Origin: an uncultured bacterium
GTDB taxonomy: Bacteria > Chloroflexota > UBA5177 > JANWHV01
Reading direction: 5' to 3'
DNA length: 64,000 nucleotides
NCBI GenBank assembly: GCA_963827235.1
Contig: CAWHAE010000018.1
Coordinates: 424,078-488,077, forward strand
Part shown: positions 10,512 through 19,975 of the stretch, in pieces
Numbering within the stretch: the first letter of the stretch is position 1
Layout of the letters: every line of letters begins with the position of its first letter
Program-made: the position numbers and the translations under genes
Notes under the pieces: model-generated
What the model saw: only the letters and a program-made list of their open reading frames with translations
Told to the model about the DNA's origin: nothing
Databases searched by the model: none

Positions 10512-12965
10512 TCAGTCCTCCAGGGCTGGTGCCTTGCGCCGCGACTCGATCCACACCACCAGCGGCGGCAGCACGACCAGGGTGGCGATCAGGATGCCCG
10601 CCATGTCCACCGCTACCACGATGCCAAATACGCGAAGGGCCGGGAAGTCGGAGGCGATCAGGGCCGAGAAGCCCGCCATGACCATCAAGCCCGAGGTGGC
10701 GATGGCGCGGCCGATACGCCGCATTGCCAAGTCCATGGCCTCGGCAGGAGGCCGGCCGGCCGCGCTCTCCTCGTAGTAGCGCTCCGTGAGCAGGATCGTG
10801 AACTCGGCGCCGATGCCGATGATCAGAGCGCCGAGCGTCACCGTCAGCGGGTTCCACGGCTCGCCCAGTACGTACATGGCGCCGGACGACCAGCCGATGA
10901 CCAGGATCATGGGCACCACCACCAGCAGCGCGCGGCGCGGCCGGCGGTACAGCACCAGCAGGCCAAGGAACACTACGCCGACCCCGAGCAGCGTGATCTG
11001 CAGACGGTTTTGCGTGAGCACGGATACGGTCTTGGCGGCCACCACCGCCGTGCCCGTGAGCTCGGCCGTCACGCCGGCCGGTGGCACGGCTTCCGCCTGA
11101 AGCTGGTCGATCAGCGTCACCTGCTGGTCCATCGGCCGTTGCTGAATGGTCAGGATGATCGTCGCCTGGTGGAGGTCGGTGGTCAGCACCTTGCTGCGCA
11201 GCACGGCCGGGCTGCTTGCCAATAGCTGCTTCACCGCCGCAGCCGTGGGATGCTGGTCGCCGGCCACGGCCGCCAGCAGGGTCACCGGACTACTGGCCGA
11301 TACGATGATCGAATGGCGCGCCAATGCGGTCTTCTGGTAGTCCTCCATCCATTGCATGACCGCCGGCGCCGTCACGTCGGGCGCCGTCACCATCACGTCG
11401 AGTTCCGTGGTGCCGCCATTCACGGCGCGAATCTGCCATATCTGCTTGAGCGCCGACATGCCCTGCGGCACCAGACGCTCGATGTCCGTCTGCGTGGAGA
11501 TATGGCTGTCGGCCGCCCAGCCGGCCACCGAGATCAACACCGCCGCCGCCAGAATAGGAAGCGGTCGCGGGATGACCACCATGCTCAGCCAAGCGAGCAC
11601 GCGATCGACGACATGCGCTTCCTTGGAGCGGGCTGTTCGACCTGACCTGTGCAGGCGCCGGTCGCGCAATACCAGGATGCTCGTCAGCACCAGCACGCTG
11701 GCAACGTACGCCAGCAGCACGCCGCCCGCCAGCACCTTGGCGAAATCGCGCACCATCGGTACCGGCGAGATGAGCAGCGTGAGAAAGCCGAGGATCGTCG
11801 CCACGACCGCAATGCCCACCGCGGGCGCGATCCGGGAGAGAGCCGATCGCAGGACGTCCACGCCAAACCGCCGGGACGCTTCCTCTTCGTAGCGATTGTG
11901 AAACTGCACCATGTAGTCGACGCCGAGTCCAAGCAGGATCGGCAGCGATGCAGTCGTGGCGATGGTCAGATTGAGCTGGAACCAGCCCATCAACCCGAAG
12001 GTCACGACCACCGCGACCAGCACCACGCCCAGAGGCAGCAGGCGCCACCGCACGTTGAAGACGAGCACGAGCACGATGCCCATGATCAGGAAGGCCACGC
12101 CGAACAGGAGAAACAGATTGCTGATCAGCACGGGCACGAGGTCGCCGAATAGCACCGGGATGCCCGAGATGGTCAGCGTCTGCCCGGGCACGGGATGATG
12201 GTTATAGGCGTCCTTCACCGCCGAGTCGGCGTTGCGCTGAGGGGACAGATCGAGATTCCCGTCGAGCTGCACTTGGGTAATCGCGTGCCGGGCATCGGGA
12301 AACAGAGCCGCCAGGGTGGAGTTCGACGGCCTGGCACCCGTGCCCAGGATGGCCGCGATCACGCGCGGATTTGAGTCGCTGAGCGGGTTGAGCGACAGCA
12401 GGGCCAGTGCCTGGGGCCGGCTCTTGCGCAGCTCGGCGACGAAAGCTGCATCGGCCTTCTGCCTGGCCTGCGCCACGGCCGCGGCCGCGACCTTCGCCGG
12501 CGCACGAGCGGTGGCCTGCTTGGCCTGGCTCACCGCCTGCTGCTCGACGCGCGCTTGCGCGGCCAGCAGCTCCTGTTTCTGTGTGGACATGCTCTTGACT
12601 TCGAGATCGATGACCGCGGCGGGCGATATCACCTGCCGGACGTAGCAATTGGCCAGCGCCTCGGCAGCAGCCGCGCGCTGGGCCGCCAGGCCGGCCGGAC
12701 TGAGCAGATCCTGCCGGTCGCCGGTCATCATGACGAAGATGCTGTCGCCGCCGAACGAGCGCTGGAACCGGTTATTGGTGGTGTACGTACGGCTGCTTTC
12801 GTTGATGAACGTGTTGTAGCCGGTGGCCAATCCAAGCCGGGCCAGGCCCACGGCGCATACCGCCACGACCATCAAGGCAACGACCAGAATGCCCATGGGC
12901 CGTCGATGGACCAGATCGGCAAGGCGATCGAAGACTGGCTTCACGAAGTGTGTCCTTTCATGCAT
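10512..12965 (-). CDS. RND superfamily (MMPL/HAE3-like) membrane exporter
   Basis: Two homologous halves with GLGVDYMVQFHNRYEEE and GIGAEFTILLTERYYEE; about 12 TM segments. Confidence 0.88.
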   Translation of the reverse strand: MHERTHFVKPVFDRLADLVHRRPMGILVVALMVVAVCAVGLARLGLATGYNTFINESSRTYTTNNRFQRSFGGDSIFVMMTGDRQDLLSPAGLAAQRAAAAEALANCYVRQVISPAAVIDLEVKSMSTQKQELLAAQARVEQQAVSQAKQATARAPAKVAAAAVAQARQKADAAFVAELRKSRPQALALLSLNPLSDSNPRVIAAILGTGARPSNSTLAALFPDARHAITQVQLDGNLDLSPQRNADSAVKDAYNHHPVPGQTLTISGIPVLFGDLVPVLISNLFLLFGVAFLIMGIVLVLVFNVRWRLLPLGVVLVAVVVTFGLMGWFQLNLTIATTASLPILLGLGVDYMVQFHNRYEEEASRRFGVDVLRSALSRIAPAVGIAVVATILGFLTLLISPVPMVRDFAKVLAGGVLLAYVASVLVLTSILVLRDRRLHRSGRTARSKEAHVVDRVLAWLSMVVIPRPLPILAAAVLISVAGWAADSHISTQTDIERLVPQGMSALKQIWQIRAVNGGTTELDVMVTAPDVTAPAVMQWMEDYQKTALARHSIIVSASSPVTLLAAVAGDQHPTAAAVKQLLASSPAVLRSKVLTTDLHQATIILTIQQRPMDQQVTLIDQLQAEAVPPAGVTAELTGTAVVAAKTVSVLTQNRLQITLLGVGVVFLGLLVLYRRPRRALLVVVPMILVIGWSSGAMYVLGEPWNPLTVTLGALIIGIGAEFTILLTERYYEESAAGRPPAEAMDLAMRRIGRAIATSGLMVMAGFSALIASDFPALRVFGIVVAVDMAGILIATLVVLPPLVVWIESRRKAPALED

Positions 12966-12978
12966 GGCCGGTCCGGCG

Positions 12979-13554
12979 CTATCGCGGGCTCAGGCCCTCG
13001 AGCACGAACGCGACGGTGTGATCCGCGAAGGCGTCCACCGCGGTCGTGGCTCCGGTCAACCGGTATTCGGCCAGATAGGCATGGATAGTGCCGAGGATGG
13101 AGAGAGCGGCCAGACGCGGATCCACTGCGCGAAAGGCCGAAGTGTCTACGCCGCGCCGCACCACGCGGTCGATGGGCAGGATGAGCTGCTCCTGCACACG
13201 CGTGGCCAGGGGCCCGAGCACCTCCGTGCCCTCGCCGAAGAACTCGCGACTGATCACCTGCGCTAGGTCGTACCGCTCGCGCAGCACGCCGACATAGCAA
13301 TGGATCAGCGAGGCAAGCTGCTCCTCGGGTGTGCCGGTGGCCAGGATCGGCTCGAGCACCCGACGCACGTCGGCCGAGAATCGCTCGAGGAGGGCGGCAA
13401 GCAGCTCCTCTTTGCTGTGGAAGTAGTAGTAGATCGCCGGCTTTGTTATGCCCACCTGGCCGGCGATCTGCGCCAGGCCCGTCTTCTCGTAGCCGAGCCT
13501 GGCGAAAAGATCCTGGGCCGTCTCCAGAATCCGCTCGCGTGTATCTATCGCCAT
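12979..13554 (-). CDS. TetR/AcrR family transcriptional regulator
   Basis: N-terminal HTH TRERILETA..LF...GYEKT....IA...GITKPAIYYYFHSKEELL; 13 bp from the RND gene. Confidence 0.95.
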   Translation of the reverse strand: MAIDTRERILETAQDLFARLGYEKTGLAQIAGQVGITKPAIYYYFHSKEELLAALLERFSADVRRVLEPILATGTPEEQLASLIHCYVGVLRERYDLAQVISREFFGEGTEVLGPLATRVQEQLILPIDRVVRRGVDTSAFRAVDPRLAALSILGTIHAYLAEYRLTGATTAVDAFADHTVAFVLEGLSPR

Positions 13555-13574
13555 ACCGTGTTCCCATCGGTCTT

Positions 13575-13588
13575 TTAACTATCGGTAA
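13575..13588. promoter_or_regulatory. Candidate TetR operator
   Basis: Imperfect palindrome TTAACTATCGGTAA (10/14 self-complementary) 20 bp upstream of the tetR start. Confidence 0.4.
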
Positions 13589-14032
13589 TCAAACACAGTA
13601 GAACACAGCCCGCTTCGGGCCGTCAAGTGCCAAATGGCACAGCCCGCTTTGGACCCTCAAGCACCTGTTGGCCGATGCCGGAACCGTCATGCCGTCGTCA
13701 CGGCCGGTCGGCAATGCGGTCGCGAGCCGCACGGCGATCGGCATCCGCGGCGTGGAGGCCCTTTCGCTGCTCGCGTTCGGACGCCGGCCAGGATCTCACG
13801 GCACATCGAGAGGTCGCCCGGCGTGGAGCGGCACGCACGATGCCCAGGGCTGCACACAAGATTCGTCGCCCGTACACAAGAGTCGCCATACGCGCGCTGC
13901 CATCCACCGCAACGCTCAAGGCGGGAAAGCCCTATTCGAGTAACGCGCCGGAAACGGCCGGCTCGTAGAGTGGGTGCAGAGAGAAACGTGTCTGTGTGCC
14001 GCTCGATTCACCGGCGGCGAAAGGATCTGCAT

Positions 14033-15154
14033 ATGGCTCGCTCCACTACCCTGCGTGCAGCCCTCTTTCTCTGGCTCACACTCTCGATCCTTGCCTTGCC
14101 CGCACGAGTCACAGCTCACGCGTCGAGCACCGCGGCAACCGCATCCGGCCGCTCCGGCGCCGGTGCTGCCACCTGGATCAGCCGCCGCAACCCGGTCTCC
14201 GGCGACGCAGCGGTCACGCTCAACGCGGTCGCCTGCTCCACCGCCAGGATATGCGTTGCAGTGGGCGGCACCGGCACCATTCTGTCCACCACGGACGGCG
14301 GCGTCACCTGGCATAAGCGTTACTCCGGCACTCCCGTGGGCCTGGATGCCGTTACGTGTGTGACCAAGGGGGTCTGCCTGGCCGTCGGCGAACAGCTCGT
14401 CCACTACCTCAACGTGCACTACTCGACAGGCGACAGAGGCGGCGCCATCCTCACCAGCCAGGACGGCGGCCTCACGTGGCGTCAGCGCCACAACCCCATG
14501 GACACGTACCTGAATACCTGCCCATCGTGCCTGGTGGCCATAGGCGAAGCGTTGCATGGCACAAGCTGCTGGAGCCTGACAGGCTGCTTGGCCGTGGGTG
14601 AGGACGCCGCCTTGCTGGTCAGCACTGACGGCGGTGCCGGATGGATCGCCCGTCGCTCACTGGTTATTCCGGGCGGCCAGCGTCCCGGACTGTGGGCCAT
14701 CGCCTGCCCGTTCGGCAGAACGTGCCTGGCCGCCGGCGAGCACGGCACTATACTGACCAGCACGGACGGTGGCGCCAACTGGACGATCCGCCCCAACCCC
14801 TACTCCGGCACCTGGAGCGTCCTGAACGCCATCGCCTGTGCGAGCAGCAAAGTCTGCCTGGCAGCCGGCGATAGCGGCATGCTGGCCAGCGCGGATGGTG
14901 GTGCCACGTGGCACCAGAGCACCGGCCCGCGAGCAGCCGCTATCACCTGTCCAACAAGCAAGACCTGCCTGGCTGTGGGAGACAACGGCACAATTGCCAC
15001 CAGCCTGGATGCGGGTGCCACCTGGAGCACGTACCACTATCCCTCGGCCGCCGGGACGGCGTTCCAGGGCGTCGCCTGCGTCTCCGGCAACACCTGTCTG
15101 GCAGTGGGCCAGAACGGCACTATCCTCCAGAACACGGATCTCGGCGCCGGCTGA
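14033..15154 (+). CDS. Secreted seven-repeat BNR/Asp-box (YCF48-like) beta-propeller protein
   Basis: AAGGA RBS before ATG 14033; signal peptide; seven repeats of C-x5-C-x-A-x-G, six of them ending in an Asp-box (S/T-x-D-G/A-G-x-x-W). Confidence 0.85.
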   Translation: MARSTTLRAALFLWLTLSILALPARVTAHASSTAATASGRSGAGAATWISRRNPVSGDAAVTLNAVACSTARICVAVGGTGTILSTTDGGVTWHKRYSGTPVGLDAVTCVTKGVCLAVGEQLVHYLNVHYSTGDRGGAILTSQDGGLTWRQRHNPMDTYLNTCPSCLVAIGEALHGTSCWSLTGCLAVGEDAALLVSTDGGAGWIARRSLVIPGGQRPGLWAIACPFGRTCLAAGEHGTILTSTDGGANWTIRPNPYSGTWSVLNAIACASSKVCLAAGDSGMLASADGGATWHQSTGPRAAAITCPTSKTCLAVGDNGTIATSLDAGATWSTYHYPSAAGTAFQGVACVSGNTCLAVGQNGTILQNTDLGAG

Positions 15155-15385
15155 GTGCCGTCCCGAAAGGCCTTCCACGGTTGCCGGGAAGCGGCCGCTC
15201 ACGGCACGGTCGCTTCCCGAGACTTCGCAACCGCCAAGCCACATGGCGCTACCGATCACGACTGCCCATACGACGATCCTGCCTCCCCAGCCGGCTTGGT
15301 ACTTCATAGAAGCGCATCGTGTAGCGGGCACGGATCCGAGCAGGAGCCCTGTTCGCCTCGAACGGGGCACTGCTCAGCAAGGAGT

Positions 15386-17062
15386 TCACATCCCACCGCG
15401 CAGCTGCGTGGCAACCAACGCGCCGGCAACCAGCGCAACTGCCACGGCGGACAACGCAGGCCGCGCGCCGTTCAGGAATGCGCTCGCAAACGTGTCTCGA
15501 TAGACGGCTGCGATCTGCCGCGCGGTCTCGGGCGAGGCATGCACCGGCACTCCAAAGTGCATCGTCTGTCCTGCCCCGAACTGCTGCACGCTCGCGCCCG
15601 CCGCCCGCCAGTAGGCGAGGAACTGCGGTCGGAGATCAGCCGGGAGCTGCGTGACATGCCTCGCAGCCTGCCTGGGCAGATCCGCGGCCACCCGATTGGC
15701 CAGCACGGCGCCGACGACCGCGGTGCCCATGGCAGCGCCGACTCCACGCAGCGTGTTGAAGAAGCCGGAGGCGGCTCCCGACAACGCCGGTGCCACGCCG
15801 CGCATTGCCACCGTGACCATCGGCACCATGGTGCATCCCATACCCAGACCGGCCACCGCCAGGGGGATGGCGAAGGTCCAGGAAGTGTCATCGAGCGCAA
15901 GCACGTCGACGACGAGACCCACACCCACGGCCGAGAGCCCGCAACCCGCCAGGAGAAGGTACTTGGGGTTCAGGTGATCGCTGAGCCGCCCGGCGAGCGG
16001 AGCCACGATCATCATCACCAGTGTGCTAGAAAGTGCCGTCAGACCACTCTGCGTGGCTGACCAGCCCAACACGGACTGCATGAAGAGCATCGCCGGCACA
16101 AACATGCTCGTCGTCGCGAACGACACCGCAATCGAGAGGGCGCTCCCCGCCGTGAAGTTGCGGTCGCGAAACAGGGGGAACGGAAGCAGCGGCTGGCTCG
16201 CGCGTCGCTCCAGGAGGACAAAGAGCGCCAGGACGAACGCTGCATACACAAACAGGCTGTAGGCGCTGACGAGACTCCAGCGGGTAGGTCCGAGCGAAAC
16301 GGCGCCGAACCCGTCGATCGGTCCCCAGGCAGAGCGCTGGCCCTCCACCAGGGCAAACATGCCCAGAAACAGCGCAGTGGAAACGAGCACGACGCCCCGA
16401 GGGTCCAGATGATGGCTGCCGCGGAAGCGGATCTCCGGCATGAGGAGGTAAGCTGCCGCCATGGCCGCCAGACCCACGGGAACGTTGATGAAGAAGATCG
16501 CTTGCCAGTCGAAGGTGGTGACCAGGTAGCCGCCGAGCACTGGTCCCACCGACGTGGAGGCACCGGCGACGATGCCCCAGACGCCGAAGGCGGCCCCGCG
16601 ACGCGCCGGTGGGAAGAGCGTATTGATCATGCTCATCGTTTGCGGCGCGAGAAGCGCCCCGCCCGCTGCCTGAACCAGGCGCGACAGGATCAGCTCCGTG
16701 CCGGTCTGAGCGAAGCCGCACGCACCCGAACCCAGGGTGAATACCGCCACACCGGTGAGGAACAGACGCTTGGGACCGAACATGTCGCCCAGACGGGCCG
16801 CCGTGATCAGCAGCACCGCGTAGACCAGGGTGTACCCGTTGATGACCCATAGCACCTGATCGAACCCGATATCGAGGCCCTCTTCCATTCTCGGCATGGC
16901 CACCTGAACGATGGTCGTGTCAAGAAGGATCATGAAGAACCCGAATGTGAGGACAAAGAGAATAACCCAAGGGCTGGCATGGATACGAGAAGCGAGAATC
17001 GACGGCTGATCACTCTGACATACTTGCTTGGCTCCGCTGCTATTGTCCCGATTCGTACGCAT
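15386..17062 (-). CDS. DHA2 (EmrB/QacA) family MFS drug-resistance transporter
   Basis: LDTTIV..AMP, RLGDMFGPKRLF, IFFINVPVG; 14-TM pattern; GGAGG RBS. Confidence 0.93.
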   Translation of the reverse strand: MRTNRDNSSGAKQVCQSDQPSILASRIHASPWVILFVLTFGFFMILLDTTIVQVAMPRMEEGLDIGFDQVLWVINGYTLVYAVLLITAARLGDMFGPKRLFLTGVAVFTLGSGACGFAQTGTELILSRLVQAAGGALLAPQTMSMINTLFPPARRGAAFGVWGIVAGASTSVGPVLGGYLVTTFDWQAIFFINVPVGLAAMAAAYLLMPEIRFRGSHHLDPRGVVLVSTALFLGMFALVEGQRSAWGPIDGFGAVSLGPTRWSLVSAYSLFVYAAFVLALFVLLERRASQPLLPFPLFRDRNFTAGSALSIAVSFATTSMFVPAMLFMQSVLGWSATQSGLTALSSTLVMMIVAPLAGRLSDHLNPKYLLLAGCGLSAVGVGLVVDVLALDDTSWTFAIPLAVAGLGMGCTMVPMVTVAMRGVAPALSGAASGFFNTLRGVGAAMGTAVVGAVLANRVAADLPRQAARHVTQLPADLRPQFLAYWRAAGASVQQFGAGQTMHFGVPVHASPETARQIAAVYRDTFASAFLNGARPALSAVAVALVAGALVATQLRGGM

Positions 17063-17146
17063 AGCGTGACCTCCGGTTCACAGCGCAATAGCGCAGGGAA
17101 ACGCAGTAGTGGCTCACGATGAAAGCGGGCCGCGCGCGCAAGCATG

Positions 17147-17175
17147 ACTTTATCAGGGAAGAAACGCTATGTCAA
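17147..17175 (-). promoter_or_regulatory. sigma70-type promoter of the MFS gene
   Basis: TTGACA (17175-17170), 17 bp, TAAAGT (17152-17147) preceded by TG-n. Confidence 0.65.
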
Positions 17176-17179
17176 TCCG

Positions 17180-17282
17180 TTGCGCAACGAACAATGATAG
17201 GTGTATAATATAGGTGCAAGGAATGGACGATATGCTCATTGATAGATCCGCGTTTGCGGGGTGATCGAAGAAGTGGTATAAT
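17180..17282 (+). promoter_or_regulatory. Two tandem sigma70-type promoters with no clear downstream sense gene
   Basis: TTGCGC-18-TATAAT (17180-17209) and TTGCGG-17-TATAAT with TG-n extension (17254-17282), in an AT-rich patch. Confidence 0.55.
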
Positions 17283-17472
17283 AGCAAGAGATCGCTGATG
17301 ACTGCCGCGGCGGTGCTGCGGTCGGCGCCATCAACCGATTTCTGCCTCTCGCGCCCGCGAGCAGTTGCAGCGGCCCGCCTGACCATGCGGCCACATCGCA
17401 TCACGCAAAACGGCAAACGGCGCCTAGCTCTGTCGGGTGGGCGCTGGTGCGTGCGGTGCGGAAGGCGCTGCC

Positions 17473-17778
17473 TCAGTTGTGATTGCGGTCGAGGCTCACC
17501 TGCAGGAGCGCCGGCTCGGTCTCGAGGCGGCCTGCAATGTTGCGCACGGCGCGGGTCGCGATGACGGTGAATTGCAGATGCATGCGCAGCTCCTCCGCGA
17601 TCGCTCGGCAGTTGCTCTCGATACGTTCGGCCGTGTCATCCTCGGCGATCTCGATCTCGAGATAGGAGTTGACACGCTCCTGAAGCTCCTGGAGAGCGAT
17701 GTGGATGCTCGCCGCTTCGATGGGGTCGATCTCACGGCCGGCGTAGAGGTGCCGGATGTGCTCTTCGTGTCTGCTCAC
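17473..17778 (-). CDS. Small acidic hypothetical protein (101 aa)
   Basis: GGAGGA RBS before GTG 17778; G/C-ending codons; globular-looking composition. Confidence 0.65.
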   Translation of the reverse strand: MSRHEEHIRHLYAGREIDPIEAASIHIALQELQERVNSYLEIEIAEDDTAERIESNCRAIAEELRMHLQFTVIATRAVRNIAGRLETEPALLQVSLDRNHN

Positions 17779-18212
17779 CGCGGGTCCTCCTTCGACCCAG
17801 ACCCGGCCAGCCGCGCGGGCGGCATACCATGAAAGTACCGGCCTTCTCGGTTGATGGCAATGAGATGCTCGTGCCACTGGCCGGCAGCGGCACGTCGCTT
17901 CCCAGCCGCTGAGGGGGTGAAAGGGTCCGGAAGCGCTTTCCGAAGCACTGCGCAGCGGCTGGCTCGCTTTACGCAGTTTTTTCGGGCGTGCTACACTGAT
18001 GCCACCGGCGCATGAATGGGAGATGACTGCCTCCGAACTGACCGGTTCGTGTGCCTTCGATGCCCCACCTGACAGCGGATCGGTAGTCCCTGGGTCATGG
18101 GCTTATCAGCGGCGGATAAAGCGGACGAGCGGAACGGCGGCCGGCAGCAGACGGCGGCCGGGGACCGGCAGTACCTGCGCCTTGCGCCGGAACGCCGGCA
18201 AGGTAACGTATA

Positions 18213-19271
18213 ATGAGGTCCCGGTTCTCGATTAGGCTGCTCGGCGGTGTGATCCTGGGCTCGATTGCCTGGGTATTCGTCGACGCGCTCCCGCACCGCG
18301 CGGACAACGTCGACGTGATCGTGGGTGCCGTCGTCTTCCTCGCTGGACTGCTCGCAGCGCCGATCGTGTTCGAGCCCCTATACACGCGCTTCAATCGATA
18401 CTTGAGCGACGCACCCATCGAGGATCTGCTTACCGGCCTCCTGGGACTCGGCCTGGGCCTGGTCATCTCGGCTGTCGTGGCCTTCCCGCTTTCGCGTCTG
18501 CAATACCCTGCCGGCACGTGGCTTCCCCTTCTCGCCCTTGTCGCCATAACGGCCCTGTCCACCCAGGTGGTCTATGACCGCCGCGTCGATATCCGCACCG
18601 CCGTCGCACAGCGGCCTCGTCCCGCCGCCCAGGCCGGAAAAGATGCCCCGGCCCCGCCGCAGCGCCAGCGCGTGCTGCTGGATACGAGCGCGATCATCGA
18701 CGGCCGCATCGCCGATATCAGCACGACCGGCTTCATCTCAGGCGAGTTGGTCGTGCCCCGCTTCATCCTGGATGAGCTGCAGCGAATCGCCGACTCGCCC
18801 GACGTTCTCCGCCGGAACCGGGGGCGGCGTGGTCTGGACATGCTCAACCGCATGAGCAAGGATTCCGAGACGCCGGTCAGTGTGCTCGACGTCGACGCCA
18901 AGGACGTACCGGAAGTCGACGGCAAGCTCGTGCAGGTGGCCAAGCGACTCACGGCACCGATCATTACCAACGACTTCAACCTCAATCGGGTCGCCGAGCT
19001 GCAAGGCGTGACTGTCCTCAACATCAATCAGCTCGCCAACGCCGTGAAGCCGGTGGTCCTTCCCGGCGAGGAGATGGCAGTGCACATCATTCAGCAGGGC
19101 AAGGAAGTCAATCAGGGCGTCGGCTACCTGGACGACGGCACGATGATCGTGGTCGAGGACGGCCACCGCTATCTCAACCGCGACGTCGAGATCGTCGTCA
19201 CCCGTGTGCTGCAAACCGTCGCCGGCAGGATGATCTTTGCCCATCCAAAAGCCTTCGGGAACGGTCGCTAG
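18213..19271 (+). CDS. Membrane-anchored PIN/TRAM domain protein (YacL-like)
   Basis: Four N-terminal TMs, LLDTSAIIDGRI, RGRRGLD, ITNDFNLN, GVGYLDDGTMIVVE, QTVAGRMIFA; directly upstream of ispD-ispF. Confidence 0.93.
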   Translation: MRSRFSIRLLGGVILGSIAWVFVDALPHRADNVDVIVGAVVFLAGLLAAPIVFEPLYTRFNRYLSDAPIEDLLTGLLGLGLGLVISAVVAFPLSRLQYPAGTWLPLLALVAITALSTQVVYDRRVDIRTAVAQRPRPAAQAGKDAPAPPQRQRVLLDTSAIIDGRIADISTTGFISGELVVPRFILDELQRIADSPDVLRRNRGRRGLDMLNRMSKDSETPVSVLDVDAKDVPEVDGKLVQVAKRLTAPIITNDFNLNRVAELQGVTVLNINQLANAVKPVVLPGEEMAVHIIQQGKEVNQGVGYLDDGTMIVVEDGHRYLNRDVEIVVTRVLQTVAGRMIFAHPKAFGNGR

Positions 19272-19975
19272 TGGCGTCTACGGCCGTCGGCGCGATCATC
19301 GTCGCGGCGGGATCCAGCCGGCGCATGGCCGGTGCGGATAAGCTCTGGCTGGATCTTGGCGGCGCCCCTCTCCTGGCCCGTACGATCGCTGCGATCGTGG
19401 AGGGCTGCCAGGACCTCGAGCAGCTCGTGGTAGTGGCCGGCCAGGACACCATCGATCGCGCTGCCGTGCTCCGTGACTCAACGCCCTGGTGCCGCGTCGA
19501 CCGCTGGGTCACCGGCGGCGAGACCCGGCAGGACTCCGTCTACCACGGGCTGCAGGCGCTGAATCCCTGCCGGATCGTGCTCGTGCACGATGGCGCCCGC
19601 CCTCTGATCGGCGCCGGTATGATCGCCCGGGGGCTGGCGGTGGCCCGCGTGCACGGCTCTGCCCTGGCTACCGTGCCGGTGACTGACACGATCAAGGTCG
19701 TGAATGCGAGCGGGCGAGTGATCGCCACGCCAAAGCGATCGGAGCTGCAGGCCGCGCAGACTCCCCAGATCTTCGCCTGGGAACCGCTTGTCGACGCCTA
19801 CGAGCGCGCTGGAGCGGCTCGCGCTACCTGCACGGACGACGCGGAGATCTTCGAGATGGCCGGCTACCCCGTCTACACCTACCTCGGCGAGCGCGTCAAC
19901 GTGAAGGTGACCACGCCCGACGATATCGCCGTCGTCCGTGCCCTCTGGCACGCCCATCGCGAGGTAGCGGTGTGA
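19271..19975 (+). CDS. ispD: 2-C-methyl-D-erythritol 4-phosphate cytidylyltransferase
   Basis: AAGSSRRM, GGETRQDSV, VHDGARP, QTPQ, TDD, NVKVTTPDD. Confidence 0.93.
   Translation: MASTAVGAIIVAAGSSRRMAGADKLWLDLGGAPLLARTIAAIVEGCQDLEQLVVVAGQDTIDRAAVLRDSTPWCRVDRWVTGGETRQDSVYHGLQALNPCRIVLVHDGARPLIGAGMIARGLAVARVHGSALATVPVTDTIKVVNASGRVIATPKRSELQAAQTPQIFAWEPLVDAYERAGAARATCTDDAEIFEMAGYPVYTYLGERVNVKVTTPDDIAVVRALWHAHREVAV

Noticed and set aside
17400-17450. c-di-GMP-I (GEMM) riboswitch resemblance (CACGCAAAACGGCAAAC)
   Set aside because: No GAAA tetraloop or GCAAAG junction, and no downstream sense gene.
17870-17960. Cobalamin riboswitch-like words (GCCACTG, GGTGAAAGGG)
   Set aside because: Elements are in the wrong order and there is no B12-related gene.
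18034-18049. LexA (Cheo) box CGAAC...GTTCG
   Set aside because: Spacer is 6 nt rather than the required 4.
18213-19271. VapC-type toxin-antitoxin system
   Set aside because: Membrane-anchored PIN/TRAM protein in its usual position before ispD-ispF; no antitoxin gene.
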